Below, one piece after another: positions 8,622-15,847 of a stretch of DNA of 20,228 nucleotides. Both the position numbers and the translations under genes were made by a program. Under the pieces are notes generated by a model that had not been told where the DNA came from, did not search any database, and saw only the letters and a program-made list of their open reading frames with translations. The stretch comes from Abditibacteriaceae bacterium. GTDB lineage: Bacteria; Armatimonadota; Abditibacteriia; Abditibacteriales; Abditibacteriaceae. Within the stretch, counting starts at the first letter, position 1, and each line of letters opens with the position of its first letter. The stretch is taken from the NCBI GenBank assembly GCA_031425655.1, contig JANPJS010000094.1, positions 1 through 20,228 on the forward strand, written 5' to 3'.

Positions 8622-8727
8622 TCTCGCAAAGACGCGAATTCGCAAAGAAAGCTTTTTGTGTTGGGGTGAACCGACGAAGCCGCTCTCTCGAACCCTGAAA
8701 ACTTCGCGTCTTTGCGTCTTGGCGAGA
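8622..8727. repeat. Octamer-repeat palindrome (CTTTGCGT-type units)
   Basis: TCTCGCAAAGACGCGAATTCGCAAAG (8622-8647) vs reverse complement of CTTCGCGTCTTTGCGTCTTGGCGAGA (8702-8727): 21/26. Confidence 0.8.
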
Positions 8728-8757
8728 AAATAAAATTTAATTACTGATTTATTTCGG

Positions 8758-9759
8758 CTATGCCGTTTCACCTTCGATCAGGCGCGTCGGCACGACAACC
8801 TGCTGCGGCGCTCGGACATCGTTTTCTTCGATGCGCGCCAGCAAAATTTCCAGCGCGCCCCGGCACATCGCTTCAATCGGCACTTGCACCGTGGTCAAAG
8901 GACGATCCATCATTTGCCCTTCTTCGATGCCGTCAAATCCGATGACCGCCACGTCTTCGGGCACTCGCAAACCGCCGCGCCGCAAGCCTTGAATCACGGC
9001 TATCGCCGCCACATCGTTGTAACACGCCACCAAACGCGGACGGCGCAGCGCGGGCCGCGCGGCCAGTTCCATTCCGATTTCGCGGCAGTTGGCACGCACG
9101 TTTTCGGGACGCTCCGTTTCGCGCGGCCACAAGGTTTCCATGCGCAAACTGGCCTCGCGGCATACGTCATCCCATGCGCAGAAACGGCGCTCAAATCGAA
9201 AATCGCTCTGATAATGCGGGCTAAGGAAGGCCCAGCGCGAATATCCGCGCCGCACCGCATATTCCGCCGCCGCGCGCGAACCGGAATACAAATCGAGTCC
9301 AACTACATCGCTGGCGTCATCGCGGCGCGCATCGCCCCAATAAACCACGGGCGCGCTTTGAGGCCCCAAAAAGCCCTCTAAACTTTGCCCCGAATGCGCC
9401 CACACCAAAAACCCATCAAGCGGCCAACCCGTCAGACGGCCCGTCAGGCGTCCCGACAAGTCACGATGGGTTTCAACCAAAAGCTGATAGCCTGCTTCAG
9501 CGGCCAACTTTTCGGCGCATTCCAGCATTTCGACATAAAAAGGATTGCGCAAATCCGAAATCACCATGCCAAGCGTGTCGCTTTTGCGCCGTCCCAGACT
9601 GCGCGCCATCCGGTTCGGTTGATAGTTCAAACGCTGCGCGGCTTGAAGCACTCGTTCGCGCGTTGCGGCTCCGACCGCGCCCGGCTTCTCGTTGAAAACG
9701 TAAGAAACCGTCATCGCCGATACGCCGCACGCTTGGGCTATATCTTTGATAGTCGCCAT
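8758..9759 (-). CDS. LacI-family transcriptional regulator
   Basis: MATIKDIAQACGVSAMTVSYVFN HTH, 'YQPNRMARSL' hinge, 'VPEDVAVIGFDG' and 'LTTVQVP' ligand-binding-domain motifs; AAGGAG RBS. Confidence 0.95.
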   Translation of the reverse strand: MATIKDIAQACGVSAMTVSYVFNEKPGAVGAATRERVLQAAQRLNYQPNRMARSLGRRKSDTLGMVISDLRNPFYVEMLECAEKLAAEAGYQLLVETHRDLSGRLTGRLTGWPLDGFLVWAHSGQSLEGFLGPQSAPVVYWGDARRDDASDVVGLDLYSGSRAAAEYAVRRGYSRWAFLSPHYQSDFRFERRFCAWDDVCREASLRMETLWPRETERPENVRANCREIGMELAARPALRRPRLVACYNDVAAIAVIQGLRRGGLRVPEDVAVIGFDGIEEGQMMDRPLTTVQVPIEAMCRGALEILLARIEENDVRAPQQVVVPTRLIEGETA

Positions 9760-9772
9760 GCCGCTCCTTTTG

Positions 9773-9786
9773 CTTTATCGTTAAAG
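9773..9786. promoter_or_regulatory. Putative LacI-type operator upstream of the LacI gene
   Basis: Imperfect palindrome CTTTATCGTTAAAG with central CG, just upstream of the RBS; matches 10684-10695. Confidence 0.6.
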
Positions 9787-9798
9787 TCCCGTGTTAGC

Positions 9799-9831
9799 AA
9801 AATGGCGGCGAAGCTCAGCTTCGCCGCCATT
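9799..9831 (-). terminator. Probable terminator after the PhyH gene
   Basis: 14-bp stem AATGGCGGCGAAGC/GCTTCGCCGCCATT with a short T-run on the minus strand, just downstream of the stop at 9840. Confidence 0.65.
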
Positions 9832-9839
9832 GGGATGAA

Positions 9840-10673
9840 TTATCGCTTGAAAACGAGTGGATTAATGTCGCTGGCGGCAAGATCGCCGGGTTTACAGCCG
9901 GGCAGCCATGTCCGCAAGTCGTTGCTGCGATGAGGGTTACTGCCGGGATCGCAAATCGCCACGCCATCGGCAAAATAAATAATCGTCATGACTTCGCGCA
10001 TATTCTGCGTCGGGTTGCCGGGCGCGCCGTGCAGCGTCCAACCCGAATGGAAAGTCGCATCACCGGCTTTCATTCCACCATTGTTATGCAGTTTCAGCCC
10101 GCGCTGTTTCACCATATCGGCGAAAATTTGATCCGAAGTGTCGCTGATCTCAAAATCACCTAAAAAGCCAAGTTCTTTTGAGCCAGTGGCGAAAGTCATG
10201 GTGCCGACTTCATCCGGCACGTCAACGAGCGGCATCCACATCGTGATGGTGTTATTCGTGTCGAGAGGCCAGTAATACTGATCCTGATGCCACGGCGTCG
10301 GGCCGCCGCCCGGCTCTTTGAACAGCGCCTGATCGTGGTAAAGGCGCACGCCGTCCACGCCCATCAAATCGGCGGCGATTTTGGCGAAGCGGCGCGCCAA
10401 CGTGAACCGCGCCACAGCCTCGTCTTTGACCCACAAATTCATGATCTGCAAAAACGCCTTGCCATAGGTGTCGCGCTCTGCGATTGGCCGCGTTTCCGTG
10501 TTGGACGCATCGGCAGCACGGTTGATAGCTGGACGAAAAACCGCTAATTCGTCGGGGGAAACTAAGGCCGGCAAATAAACGTGCCCGGTGGCGCGATACG
10601 ACGCGATTTGCTCAAGTGTAAGCGTGTATTCGCTCGAAAGTTCAGGCAATTGCTCTGCGATTTGAGTAGTCAT
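9840..10673 (-). CDS. Phytanoyl-CoA dioxygenase (PhyH) family Fe(II)/2-oxoglutarate dioxygenase
   Basis: 'DQALFKEPGGGPTPWHQD' (HxD), 'TMWMPL', 'GDATFHSGWTLHGAPGN...R' distal His and Arg; ATG 10673 is 6 nt after AAGGAG. Confidence 0.9.
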   Translation of the reverse strand: MTTQIAEQLPELSSEYTLTLEQIASYRATGHVYLPALVSPDELAVFRPAINRAADASNTETRPIAERDTYGKAFLQIMNLWVKDEAVARFTLARRFAKIAADLMGVDGVRLYHDQALFKEPGGGPTPWHQDQYYWPLDTNNTITMWMPLVDVPDEVGTMTFATGSKELGFLGDFEISDTSDQIFADMVKQRGLKLHNNGGMKAGDATFHSGWTLHGAPGNPTQNMREVMTIIYFADGVAICDPGSNPHRSNDLRTWLPGCKPGDLAASDINPLVFKR

Positions 10674-10683
10674 CAAATTCTCC

Positions 10684-10728
10684 TTTACCGCTAAACTAAA
10701 TTATCGAAAACTTGCAGACGTCTGGCAA
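10684..10728 (-). promoter_or_regulatory. Putative sigma70 promoter with overlapping LacI-type operator for the PhyH gene
   Basis: Minus strand TTGCCA (10728-10723), 17 nt, GATAAT (10705-10700); TTTACCGCTAAA (10684-10695) overlaps the expected start site. Confidence 0.6.
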
Positions 10729-10732
10729 GCGT

Positions 10733-13468
10733 TCATTCCAACACCACCCAGATGGCGTCCGGCGGCAGTTGAATTTTCAGCACACCATTTTGCTGAGTGA
10801 CGGGAACGCTGCCTTTTGGAAATCCTGCGGTGTCGAGAACAGTCGCTTTGGAAAGGCCGGCATTTTTTAAGGTAATAGTCGCATTCGTTTTCACGACTTG
10901 CCACGGCGGTTTGCCGGTGTTGATGATGCGCTGGCCTTTCATTTCTTTTTCCGTCGCGTCCTGCGTTTGCCAGCCGGTCGGACGCATAGTTGTTCCGGTT
11001 TGCAGCAGCACTTTAGCCGATTGAGCAAGCGCTTTGTCGTCAAGTGAAACCGCTAAAATCGTCGCGTAATCGTTCCCTGAATCAATGGTGGTTTCGCCCA
11101 GATTTATCGCGCCGGCGGTTTTGAGAAAGCCGGTTGCACCTTGTGCTTTGGGCGTATTTAAAACACACCAACCTTGCTTTTGGTTGAGTGTGATTTCGCC
11201 CGTCGCGCTCTTAACTAATCCATTTTGCACGTCAATATTTTTGCTTAGATCGGCAATCGTGCTTTTGGCCGGATCTCCATCGAACTTTTGCTCGACGCGG
11301 CCTACCAGAAACGCCAACGGATCAACGGCGGTTTTTACTGCTGAACCTTCGGCGAAATCGGTTTTGTCGCGGTTGGGGTCGAAGCGCTTGCCTTCCACGA
11401 TGATCGGCGTTTTTCGCTGCCATAAATCGTCGGCGCGCCGCTCTTCGTGAACCACGACCGGCGCTTGTTTTACGTAACTTTTACGGTAAAGCAGCGCAGC
11501 GGCGGGAAATTGCGTTTCAATCGCGGGCGGCAGATTCCACATGAACAATCCTTTTTGCCCGCCGGCCAGCGTGGCGTAAGGAAAATAAGGGTCAAGCGTG
11601 TATTCCGGCTTGTCGTGCGAAAACCAGTAATACGCGTCCACGCCGCTCAGCGATTGATAAGCCGCGATAAGAAACGGCGCTTCGCTTTGATAAACCAGAG
11701 GATGCACCCAGGTGCTTTCGGTAACAATCGTCGGATGGCCGGCGACTTGTTTCAAAGCCGTCGGCAAAGCCGTCGGATTTTTCAAAGCCGAGATGCTTTG
11801 AATGAAATCGCCGGGATCAATGCGCCATCCGGTGTTCGGGCCGACGTGCGCGCCGCCGTTGTAGTAGCGATTGACCGCGATAACGTCCGTCGCGGTGTAA
11901 GTCCAGCGTTCGATGTCGCCTAATTTTTCGTTGTCGGCGGTTGTCCAGTTCGATGCGTTAATCAGTTGCTTGCAGCCCAAATCTTTACGATAGAAATCCG
12001 CAATATCCTTATAGAAATCGCGCTGCAATTCGGCGAAAAACTGCGTTTGGTCATTGACGCGCTTGGCTTTTCCGCCGCTTTGCGTTTGGGTCAGTTCCCA
12101 GATGATGAGCGTGCTTACGCTTTCTCGCGCGAAGTCATCTTCTTTAACGCTAAAGTTGTCCCATGCGGCGCGGGTTTTATCGAACGAGCCGTATTTTTTG
12201 AGCAGCCATTGCGCGAATTTTTTGTCGAGAATCGCTTTTTGTTCCGGTTTAATGGTTTGCTGTGTCCAGAAAAACAGGCCGTCTTCGTTTTGAATCTGGA
12301 TGAGGCCAACGGCAGGGTCGTCGGCTAATTTGAGGCCCGTATACGGATTGACTTTGGTGTAAAGTTCCTTAACCCACGCTTTGTAAGCGGCGCGCAAATC
12401 GTCGTTGAAGAAGATTAAGCCCCAAATGTCCTGCCCGTCGCCGTAACCAGCCAAACCCCACGAGGCTTTCACGCCGGCGTGACCGGCATTGGCCCAAAAC
12501 GGAGAAATCGTAGTGTAGATTCCTTGCTTTTTCATCGCCGCGACGAGTTTCCAACAGCGATCAATTTCTTCGCGGTCAACATCGGCGGCTTTGGCGTCTT
12601 TGGCTTTGGGCGAAAACGAGCCGTGCATTCGCACCATGTTGACGCCGAGTTTGGCTAAAAACCGCGCGCTTTTATCCAAATCTTCCTGCGAACCGCGATA
12701 CGTCGTGACATTCGCGGCCCAGAAACGGGCGGGCGTGCCGTCGCCGAGCGCGAAGTCGTTGCCGTCGGTGGAAAGCTTCACGAAACCGCTTTGTCCCGCG
12801 ACTTTTTCGTTGAGATAGCGCAAGTCAATCGGCGAGCCTTCGCGCAGCGTGTCGCCGGAATAATTGAAGGCCCAGCTATCGCCGATTGGCGCGGCAGGCA
12901 CGGCAGCCGCGACCGCACCGGGCTTGTCCAGACCGCGCGGCGTCCACGCCAGAGTCGTCAACACAAAAGCGTCAATGGCGCCGTGATTTTGCGCTGCGGA
13001 ATACATCTTGAAACGCAGCGTCAGAGGGCCGGGCTTCAAGTCGAAGTCGCCCAGCTTTTTCCAGCCGATGAAGCGCAAATCCGGCTTGCCGTCAGCGGCA
13101 ATGTTAGCGACTTCCAGCCAACCTTCTTCAGCAGGCACACTTGTCCAGGCGCCGTCGTTCATTTGATAATCGAGCTTGGTTTGAGTGGGATTGGCGCGCA
13201 GCCAGAAGGCGTATTTTCCCGCCGCCGCCACGTTGATTTTGTATTCGGCGCTGCCTTGCTTGTCTTTGCCTTCCGCGAAATTCGAAAGCCACGCGCCACC
13301 CGAAAGCTGCTCTTTTTGCACTTGGTCATACCACCACGGATGCGGATTGACGTTTTTCCCGGTCGCAGCTTCGCCTTCAACCCAAATCGTGTTGCCCACG
13401 TTTTGCGCGCAGGCCACCCCTGTCATCGCTGCGGCCAGCAAAACCAGCGTCCAAAGCTGCTTTTTCAT
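10733..13468 (-). CDS. Secreted glycoside hydrolase, clan GH-A (GH5/GH148-like), with N-terminal CBM-like beta-sandwich
   Basis: Signal peptide; 'WVEGE...YAFWLRAN...IDAFVLT' CBM-like domain; TIM-barrel motifs 'RFWAAN', 'LGVNMVRMH', 'IQIQNED' (candidate acid/base Glu), 'PTIVTES' (candidate nucleophile Glu). The exact family cannot be determined by eye. Confidence 0.75.
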   Translation of the reverse strand: MKKQLWTLVLLAAAMTGVACAQNVGNTIWVEGEAATGKNVNPHPWWYDQVQKEQLSGGAWLSNFAEGKDKQGSAEYKINVAAAGKYAFWLRANPTQTKLDYQMNDGAWTSVPAEEGWLEVANIAADGKPDLRFIGWKKLGDFDLKPGPLTLRFKMYSAAQNHGAIDAFVLTTLAWTPRGLDKPGAVAAAVPAAPIGDSWAFNYSGDTLREGSPIDLRYLNEKVAGQSGFVKLSTDGNDFALGDGTPARFWAANVTTYRGSQEDLDKSARFLAKLGVNMVRMHGSFSPKAKDAKAADVDREEIDRCWKLVAAMKKQGIYTTISPFWANAGHAGVKASWGLAGYGDGQDIWGLIFFNDDLRAAYKAWVKELYTKVNPYTGLKLADDPAVGLIQIQNEDGLFFWTQQTIKPEQKAILDKKFAQWLLKKYGSFDKTRAAWDNFSVKEDDFARESVSTLIIWELTQTQSGGKAKRVNDQTQFFAELQRDFYKDIADFYRKDLGCKQLINASNWTTADNEKLGDIERWTYTATDVIAVNRYYNGGAHVGPNTGWRIDPGDFIQSISALKNPTALPTALKQVAGHPTIVTESTWVHPLVYQSEAPFLIAAYQSLSGVDAYYWFSHDKPEYTLDPYFPYATLAGGQKGLFMWNLPPAIETQFPAAALLYRKSYVKQAPVVVHEERRADDLWQRKTPIIVEGKRFDPNRDKTDFAEGSAVKTAVDPLAFLVGRVEQKFDGDPAKSTIADLSKNIDVQNGLVKSATGEITLNQKQGWCVLNTPKAQGATGFLKTAGAINLGETTIDSGNDYATILAVSLDDKALAQSAKVLLQTGTTMRPTGWQTQDATEKEMKGQRIINTGKPPWQVVKTNATITLKNAGLSKATVLDTAGFPKGSVPVTQQNGVLKIQLPPDAIWVVLE

Positions 13469-13542
13469 GTTTTCCTTTGCAAAACAAAGCGCCTCATCAA
13501 AAGGGAATGAAGTTAAAACGTTCCATATCTGGCGTTTTTAGA

Positions 13543-13634
13543 TAAACACAAAGACACAAAGAAAACACCACGATTAATAGCGTTTTTATGCGTTAAAAAT
13601 AGCCGTCCTTTGTGTCTTCGTGTCTTTGTGTTTA
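13543..13634. repeat. Octamer-repeat palindrome (CTTTGTGT units)
   Basis: TAAACACAAAGACACAAAG (13543-13561) vs CTTTGTGT-CTTCGTGT-CTTTGTGT-TTA (13608-13634); 18/19 complementary over the outer arm. Confidence 0.85.
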
Positions 13635-13641
13635 ACCATTT

Positions 13642-14529
13642 TCACCCGCGCCATTTCAGTGCTTTTTTCTCGCCGTGTTTGGGATGCGCTGCGTCGTGCG
13701 CGCGAAGCTCGAAAATTGCGCCGTCGTCGGCGAGACGACAATCTATCCAGCCGGTCGGTTGTCCTTTGCCAAAGGCGTAAGCCACGGCGGGCAAATTGAT
13801 GAGGTGGATGCCGTCTTTGTCCTTGATGTCCCAAGTGTGCGTGTGTCCGAAAATCAGCGCCTTCACTTGCTTGCGCGGCGAGAGTATTTCCAGTAATGCG
13901 GCGGTATCGAGCAAGCTGCCCGCAGACGGATTGTGATGCACCATCACTAAAGCAGGCTTATTGGCGCGAGCGTCCAAAGTTTTGCCCAGCCAATCGCGTT
14001 GCTCCTGGTCGAGCAGGCCGGGCGTGACGTTGGTTTTATCGAGCGAATCCAGCAAAATCCAGTTGGCACGGCGGCTTTCGACGACCGAAACGTGCTTGCT
14101 TTGCACCGGATGCGCCGCTTCATTTTGTTTGCTCTCCGTCCAAAAATTCGCGCGATGGTCGTGGTTGCCCAGCGTCAAATGCAGCGGCAAACCGGCGAGA
14201 GAAAGCGGCTTTAGCAGCGATAATAACGTCGAATAATCGCCGGGTTGCCCGTCAAGCCGCGCGCAATCGCCGTTGATGAAAACTCCCGCAGGTTTTTCTT
14301 GCAGCGCCTCGACTTGTCGCACGCACGAACGCAGATGATCGGCCAAATGCGTGTCCCGAAAAATCAGATCGGCGTTAGCGTCAATGTGCGTGTCGGAGAA
14401 CAGCGCCCAGCGCGAATCGTCGGCATTTTCGGCGGCAAAAACGCCGCGCGGCAGCATCAGTCCGGCTCCGGCGAGCGCAGCGGCGCCTACGAAGCGGCGG
14501 CGCGAAATGGGAGTTAAATGCAAGGGCAT
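13642..14529 (-). CDS. Tat-exported calcineurin-like metallophosphoesterase (CpdA/Icc-like)
   Basis: Twin-arginine signal SRRRFV; motifs SDTH, NGDCA, GNHD, VHHN, GHTH. Confidence 0.9.
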   Translation of the reverse strand: MPLHLTPISRRRFVGAAALAGAGLMLPRGVFAAENADDSRWALFSDTHIDANADLIFRDTHLADHLRSCVRQVEALQEKPAGVFINGDCARLDGQPGDYSTLLSLLKPLSLAGLPLHLTLGNHDHRANFWTESKQNEAAHPVQSKHVSVVESRRANWILLDSLDKTNVTPGLLDQEQRDWLGKTLDARANKPALVMVHHNPSAGSLLDTAALLEILSPRKQVKALIFGHTHTWDIKDKDGIHLINLPAVAYAFGKGQPTGWIDCRLADDGAIFELRAHDAAHPKHGEKKALKWRG

Positions 14530-14589
14530 GGCAAACCTTTAATCCAAAGTTGAGGCTTTGACTACGGCGCTATTCGTCGCGTTGCTTTC

Positions 14590-14714
14590 AATGGAACACG
14601 ACGGCTTCGCCGATCCTGCCCAGAGGGCGCCCGAAACGGCCACGGATTAACACGGTTTTTAATGGAGCAATCAGCGAAAACCCGTGGCCGTTTCCGCGTA
14701 ATCCGTGTTCCATT
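14590..14714. repeat. Palindromic repeat, AATGGAACACGG family, copy 1 (with inserted modules)
   Basis: Arms AATGGAACACG...GAAACGGCCACGG and CCGTGGCCGTTTCCGCGTAATCCGTGTTCCATT; homologous to 15735-15837. Confidence 0.85.
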
Positions 14715-14797
14715 TAATCGTTTGCGCGTTGCAGATAAACGCGCGATAAAATCACGTAACGCTCGGCCCAAACTTTGATGGCGTTTTTCTCGTCTTG
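14714..14797 (-). pseudogene. Orphan duplicate of the 3' end of the gamma carbonic anhydrase-like gene
   Basis: Reads QDEKNAIKVWAERYVILSRVYLQRAND* vs QDEQNAIKVWAERYVILSRVYLERG* in the intact gene; 62/72 nt identity (14726-14797 vs 15193-15264); no ATG/GTG/TTG between the in-frame stop at 14810-14812 and the start of the homology. Confidence 0.9.
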
Positions 14798-14842
14798 TTG
14801 TGCTATTTGTCAGTTGGGTTCGGTGCTGGATGGTGAAATTGT

Positions 14843-15064
14843 TCACTCATATCTTTCCAAGAATTTGCCAACGATTTCGCCGCTACGTGCGGCACAAAAT
14901 GCCCCTGCGAGAATTCCACAACCAATCCCAATGATGCCGGAGAAAATGCCCCAATCATATGGAGCAAATAAATAAACGATAGGAAAAAAACCGGTAAAGA
15001 GGCCAGCAAAGCCGCCCATAACTCCGGCTAAGCCCACAATTATTTGCTGAACCCGGCGACTCAT
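14843..15064 (-). CDS. Small Gly-rich two-TM membrane protein, hypothetical
   Basis: Two hydrophobic GxxxG-rich segments; GGAGG upstream of ATG 15064 (alternative GTG start 15085); more AT-rich than neighbours. Confidence 0.6.
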   Translation of the reverse strand: MSRRVQQIIVGLAGVMGGFAGLFTGFFPIVYLFAPYDWGIFSGIIGIGCGILAGAFCAARSGEIVGKFLERYE

Positions 15065-15145
15065 CTCTTCTAAATCCTCCACCACTCAGCATCTTGACAC
15101 GCCGCAGCGTCGCGCGCACCGGTCTAACACGATTTTAGGCCGCGT

Positions 15146-15187
15146 AAACCCATGCCGTTTCCGCGTGTCGAAGCTCCGCGTGCCATT
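15146..15187. repeat. Degenerate single arm of the AATGGAACACGG repeat family, copy 2
   Basis: AAACCCATGCCGTTTCCGCGT-gtcgaagc-TCCGCGTGCCATT aligns to 14678-14714; abuts the gamma-CA stop codon. Confidence 0.7.
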
Positions 15188-15711
15188 CAGCCCCGTTCGA
15201 GATAAACGCGCGACAGAATGACATAACGCTCGGCCCAGACTTTGATGGCGTTTTGCTCGTCCTGCGACAGCGAGCGCACGACTTTGGCGGGCGAACCCAG
15301 AACGAGAGAGCCGGGCGGGATTTTCGTGCCGCCGGTCACTAAAGCGTTCGCGCCGATAATCGAGCGGGCGCCGATTTCCGCGCCATCGAGAATAATCGCG
15401 CCCATCCCAATGAGCACTTCATCGCCGACGGTGCAGGCGTGAACCGTCGCTAAGTGCCCGACTGTGACTAATTCGCCGATAATCGCCGCATAATCATCGG
15501 CGACGTGAATGACAGCACCGTCTTGGATATTGCTGCGCGGGCCGACGACGATGGAATTAATGTCGCCACGCAGCGTGGCGTTAAACCACACGCTCGATTC
15601 TTCGCCCAGCGTCACGGCGCCGAGAACCGTCGCGCCCGGCGCTACAAAGGCCGAAGCGTGAATTTGCGGCTCGCTGCCGAGAAAATGCGCGATGCGCTCT
15701 GAAAAACTCAT
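15187..15711 (-). CDS. Gamma carbonic anhydrase family protein (YrdA/PaaY-like hexapeptide-repeat protein)
   Basis: 'SVWFNATLRGD', 'SNIQDGAVIH', 'TVGHLATVHAC' (three candidate metal His), 'GSPAKVVR'; GGAG RBS. Confidence 0.93.
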   Translation of the reverse strand: MSFSERIAHFLGSEPQIHASAFVAPGATVLGAVTLGEESSVWFNATLRGDINSIVVGPRSNIQDGAVIHVADDYAAIIGELVTVGHLATVHACTVGDEVLIGMGAIILDGAEIGARSIIGANALVTGGTKIPPGSLVLGSPAKVVRSLSQDEQNAIKVWAERYVILSRVYLERG

Positions 15712-15734
15712 CTGAACTCCACGAAGCAGGGACG

Positions 15735-15837
15735 TTTAATGGGACACGGGTTTCGCGGAAACGACCACGGATTTTCACTGTTCAATCCTAAAAATCCGCG
15801 TGAATCCGCGTAGCCGAAGGCTCCGTGTTCCATTAAA
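15735..15837. repeat. Palindromic repeat, AATGGAACACGG family, copy 3
   Basis: TTTAATGGGACACGGGTTTCGCGGAAACGACCACGGATTTT ... AAAATCCGCGTGAATCCGCGTAGCCGAAGGCTCCGTGTTCCATTAAA. Confidence 0.85.
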
Positions 15838-15847
15838 AGTTGATCGC

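Noticed and set aside
13514..13525. LacI-like site TAAAACGTTCCA upstream of the glycoside hydrolase
   Set aside because: Weak palindrome that does not match the TTTAyCGyTAAA motif; insufficient support.
14726..15264. Diversity-generating retroelement template/variable repeat pair
   Set aside because: Differences are mostly synonymous third-position changes rather than adenine-specific, and no reverse transcriptase is present in the window.
14590..15837. Integron attC cassette array
   Set aside because: The repeats lack RYYYAAC/GTTRRRY core sites and no integron integrase is visible.
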